From an uncultured Pseudomonadota bacterium (GTDB lineage Bacteria; Pseudomonadota; Gammaproteobacteria; Steroidobacterales; Steroidobacteraceae): DNA of 64,000 nucleotides. The stretch spans positions 122,345 to 186,344 of the forward strand of contig CAVUJF010000001.1 of the NCBI GenBank assembly GCA_963741745.1, written 5' to 3'. The notes under the pieces were generated by a model. The model was given only the letters and a program-made list of their open reading frames with translations. It was not told the origin of the DNA and searched no databases. The position numbers and the translations under genes are program-made. This document shows positions 62,170-64,000 of this stretch, piece after piece. Positions within the stretch are counted from its first letter, which is position 1. Each line of letters begins with the position of its first letter.

Positions 62170-62914
62170 GTCAACGCTGCTCGCCGCCCTCATGGCGGGC
62201 GTCGGCGCCGTGGCACTCGCGCAGACGCCGGCTGCGCAGCCCGGCGCGGCTGCGACTCCTGCGGCGGCCGCCGCCCCGGCCCGCTCACCGGTGCAGCTGC
62301 TGGACAAGGACCAGCCCATCCACATGGATGCCGCCAATTCCGAGGTCGACTACAAGACCAAGCGGATGATCTACCACGACATCATCATCTCGCAGGGGAG
62401 CACGCGCGTGCAGGCCGACACGGCACAGGCGACCGGGCTGAACTTCGAGAACAGCAAGTGGACCTTCGATGGCAACGTGCGCATCAATGCCGAGCCGCGT
62501 GGCAACCTGCGCTCGGACTCCGCGGTGGTCGAATTCAAGGACAACCTCATCGCGCGAGCCACGGTGGTTGGCAAGCCCGCTGAGTTCGAGCAGAAGCGCG
62601 AGGACTCGGATCAGATGGCACGCGGCCATGCCGACAAGATCGTCTACGACGTGGCCGAGGGCACCGTGCGCCTGAGCGACGACGCCTGGCTCTCGGACGG
62701 GCAGAGCGAGATCTCCGGACCCCTGCTCATCTACAACATCCGCGCGCAGCGCGTGCAGGCCATCGGCAACAGCACGCCGGCCGTCCAGTCAGGGACCGAC
62801 GATCGCATCCACATCACCATCGCGCCGCACAGTACGCCGGGGGCGAACAAGACCGACGGCGCCAAGGCCGCAGCTCCCGGCGATCCGAAGCCCACGGCGA
62901 ACCCACCGCAATGA
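62150..62914 (+). CDS. lptA: LPS export periplasmic protein LptA (OstA-like)
   Basis: Signal peptide ([16 protein letters not shown]) plus an OstA-like repeat fold ([35 protein letters not shown]...). It has a Pro/Ala-rich tail. The start is 62150 or 62192. Confidence 0.85.
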   Translation: MAPTYPRSTLLAALMAGVGAVALAQTPAAQPGAAATPAAAAAPARSPVQLLDKDQPIHMDAANSEVDYKTKRMIYHDIIISQGSTRVQADTAQATGLNFENSKWTFDGNVRINAEPRGNLRSDSAVVEFKDNLIARATVVGKPAEFEQKREDSDQMARGHADKIVYDVAEGTVRLSDDAWLSDGQSEISGPLLIYNIRAQRVQAIGNSTPAVQSGTDDRIHITIAPHSTPGANKTDGAKAAAPGDPKPTANPPQ

Positions 62915-63636
62915 CCACACTCAAGGCGACCGGCCTGGCGAAGAGCTACAAGAAGCGCCAGGTGGTGCGCGACCTTTCCGTGGAGGTCGCCAACGGCGAA
63001 GTGGTCGGGCTGCTCGGGCCCAATGGCGCCGGCAAGACCACCGCCTTCTACATGATCGTCGGGCTCGTGCCGTGCGATGCCGGTCGCATCTTCCTCGGCG
63101 AACAGGACCTTACGCTGCTGCCGATGCACCGCCGTGCGCAGCTGGGCCTGGGCTACCTGCCGCAGGAGGCCTCGATCTTCCGCAAGCTGTCCGTCGAGGA
63201 CAACGTCATGGCGATCCTCGAGACGCGCGCGGACATGGAGCGCGCCGCACGCGAGCAGCTCCTCGAGCAGCTGCTCGAGGAGCTGCGCATCGGGCACGTG
63301 CGCAAGAGCCTCGGTATCGCGCTCTCCGGCGGCGAGCGGCGCCGCGTGGAAATCGCGCGCGCGCTGGCGGCCGAACCGCGCTTCATGCTGCTCGACGAGC
63401 CGTTTGCAGGCGTTGACCCGCTCTCGGTGCTGGATATCCAGCGCATCATCCGTGAGCTGACCCAGCGCGGCATCGGCGTGCTGATCACTGACCATAATGT
63501 CCGCGAGACCCTGGGGGTCTGCGGCCGCGCTTACATCGTCAATCAGGGCACCGTGATCGCGGCCGGGACTGCGGAAGAAGTCCTTGCCAACCCCCAAGTC
63601 CGTGAGGTGTACTTGGGTGAGTCCTTCAAGCTCTGA
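62911..63636 (+). CDS. lptB: LPS export ABC transporter ATPase LptB
   Basis: 241 aa. Walker A is GPNGAGKTT, the signature is [15 protein letters not shown] and Walker B is [16 protein letters not shown] overlap with lptA. Confidence 0.97.
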   Translation: MTTLKATGLAKSYKKRQVVRDLSVEVANGEVVGLLGPNGAGKTTAFYMIVGLVPCDAGRIFLGEQDLTLLPMHRRAQLGLGYLPQEASIFRKLSVEDNVMAILETRADMERAAREQLLEQLLEELRIGHVRKSLGIALSGGERRRVEIARALAAEPRFMLLDEPFAGVDPLSVLDIQRIIRELTQRGIGVLITDHNVRETLGVCGRAYIVNQGTVIAAGTAEEVLANPQVREVYLGESFKL

Positions 63637-63725
63637 GCCTCACAAGCGATAGCAGAAATCTATTATTTTTCAGTTAATTACGCCATGAAACTTGAAAGGC
63701 TGCCATTAGTCTTTCGCCACTTGCC

Positions 63726-64000
63726 ATGCTGAAACCCTCCCTGCAGCTGAAGCTGGGGCAGACCCTTACGATGACCCCACAGCTGCAGCAGGCTATCCGG
63801 CTTCTGCAGATGCCGGCCCTGGAGCTGCAGGCCCATATCCGCGAGCTGCTCGAGCAGAACGTCATGCTCGAGCCGATGGAAGAGTCCGAGCAGACCGGGA
63901 CCTTCGAGACGCTCGTCACCGCCGCCGAGCAACCCAAGAACACGGAACGCAGCTCCGAGAGCACCGTCGAGGTGCTCGATGAGAGCTGGGACACCCACAG
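63726..64000 (+). CDS. rpoN: RNA polymerase sigma-54 factor, 5' end (truncated by the window edge)
   Basis: ATG at 63726. MLKPSLQLKLGQTLTMTPQLQQAIRLLQMPALELQAHIRELLEQN is the hallmark RpoN region I. The reading frame is open to the end of the window. Confidence 0.93.
   Translation, partial: MLKPSLQLKLGQTLTMTPQLQQAIRLLQMPALELQAHIRELLEQNVMLEPMEESEQTGTFETLVTAAEQPKNTERSSESTVEVLDESWDTH

Overview
High-GC gammaproteobacterial chromosome segment. Gene order looks Xanthomonadales-like, which is an inference from synteny only. About three quarters is core: prolyl oligopeptidase, mutT, secA, an M23 peptidase, DciA/DUF721 and lpxC. Then comes a complete, tightly overlapping dcw cluster on the minus strand (ftsZ-ftsA-ftsQ-ddl-murB-murC-murG-ftsW-murD-mraY-murF-murE-ftsI-ftsL-rsmH-mraZ) with a readable sigma70 promoter and MraZ operator. 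Further core genes are lpoA, rsmI, RNase P RNA, sspAB, petABC, a DegS-like protease, pgl, zwf-gnd, murA-ibaG, and kdsD-kdsC-lptC-lptA-lptB with the rpoN 5' end. Accessory content: an AT-richer TPR/GT41 (O-GlcNAc-transferase-like) gene between mraZ and lpoA, a vapBC module, an AT-richer left end, and a ~14-kb island (41.2-55.3 kb) between pgl and zwf. The island encodes three TPR-sulfotransferase fusions, two small 2OG-Fe(II) oxygenase-like proteins, a TonB-dependent receptor, a TPR/AspH-type hydroxylase, a small secreted protein and a TPR/GT9-like protein. I recognise no described function for this combination. A second striking signal is about 31 reading-frame breaks, 29 of them +1. They are concentrated in the island but also hit murF, ftsW and lpoA. 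This looks more like single-base insertion artefacts than biology, but it needs read-level checking. No CRISPR, tRNA, rRNA, transposase or integrase was seen.
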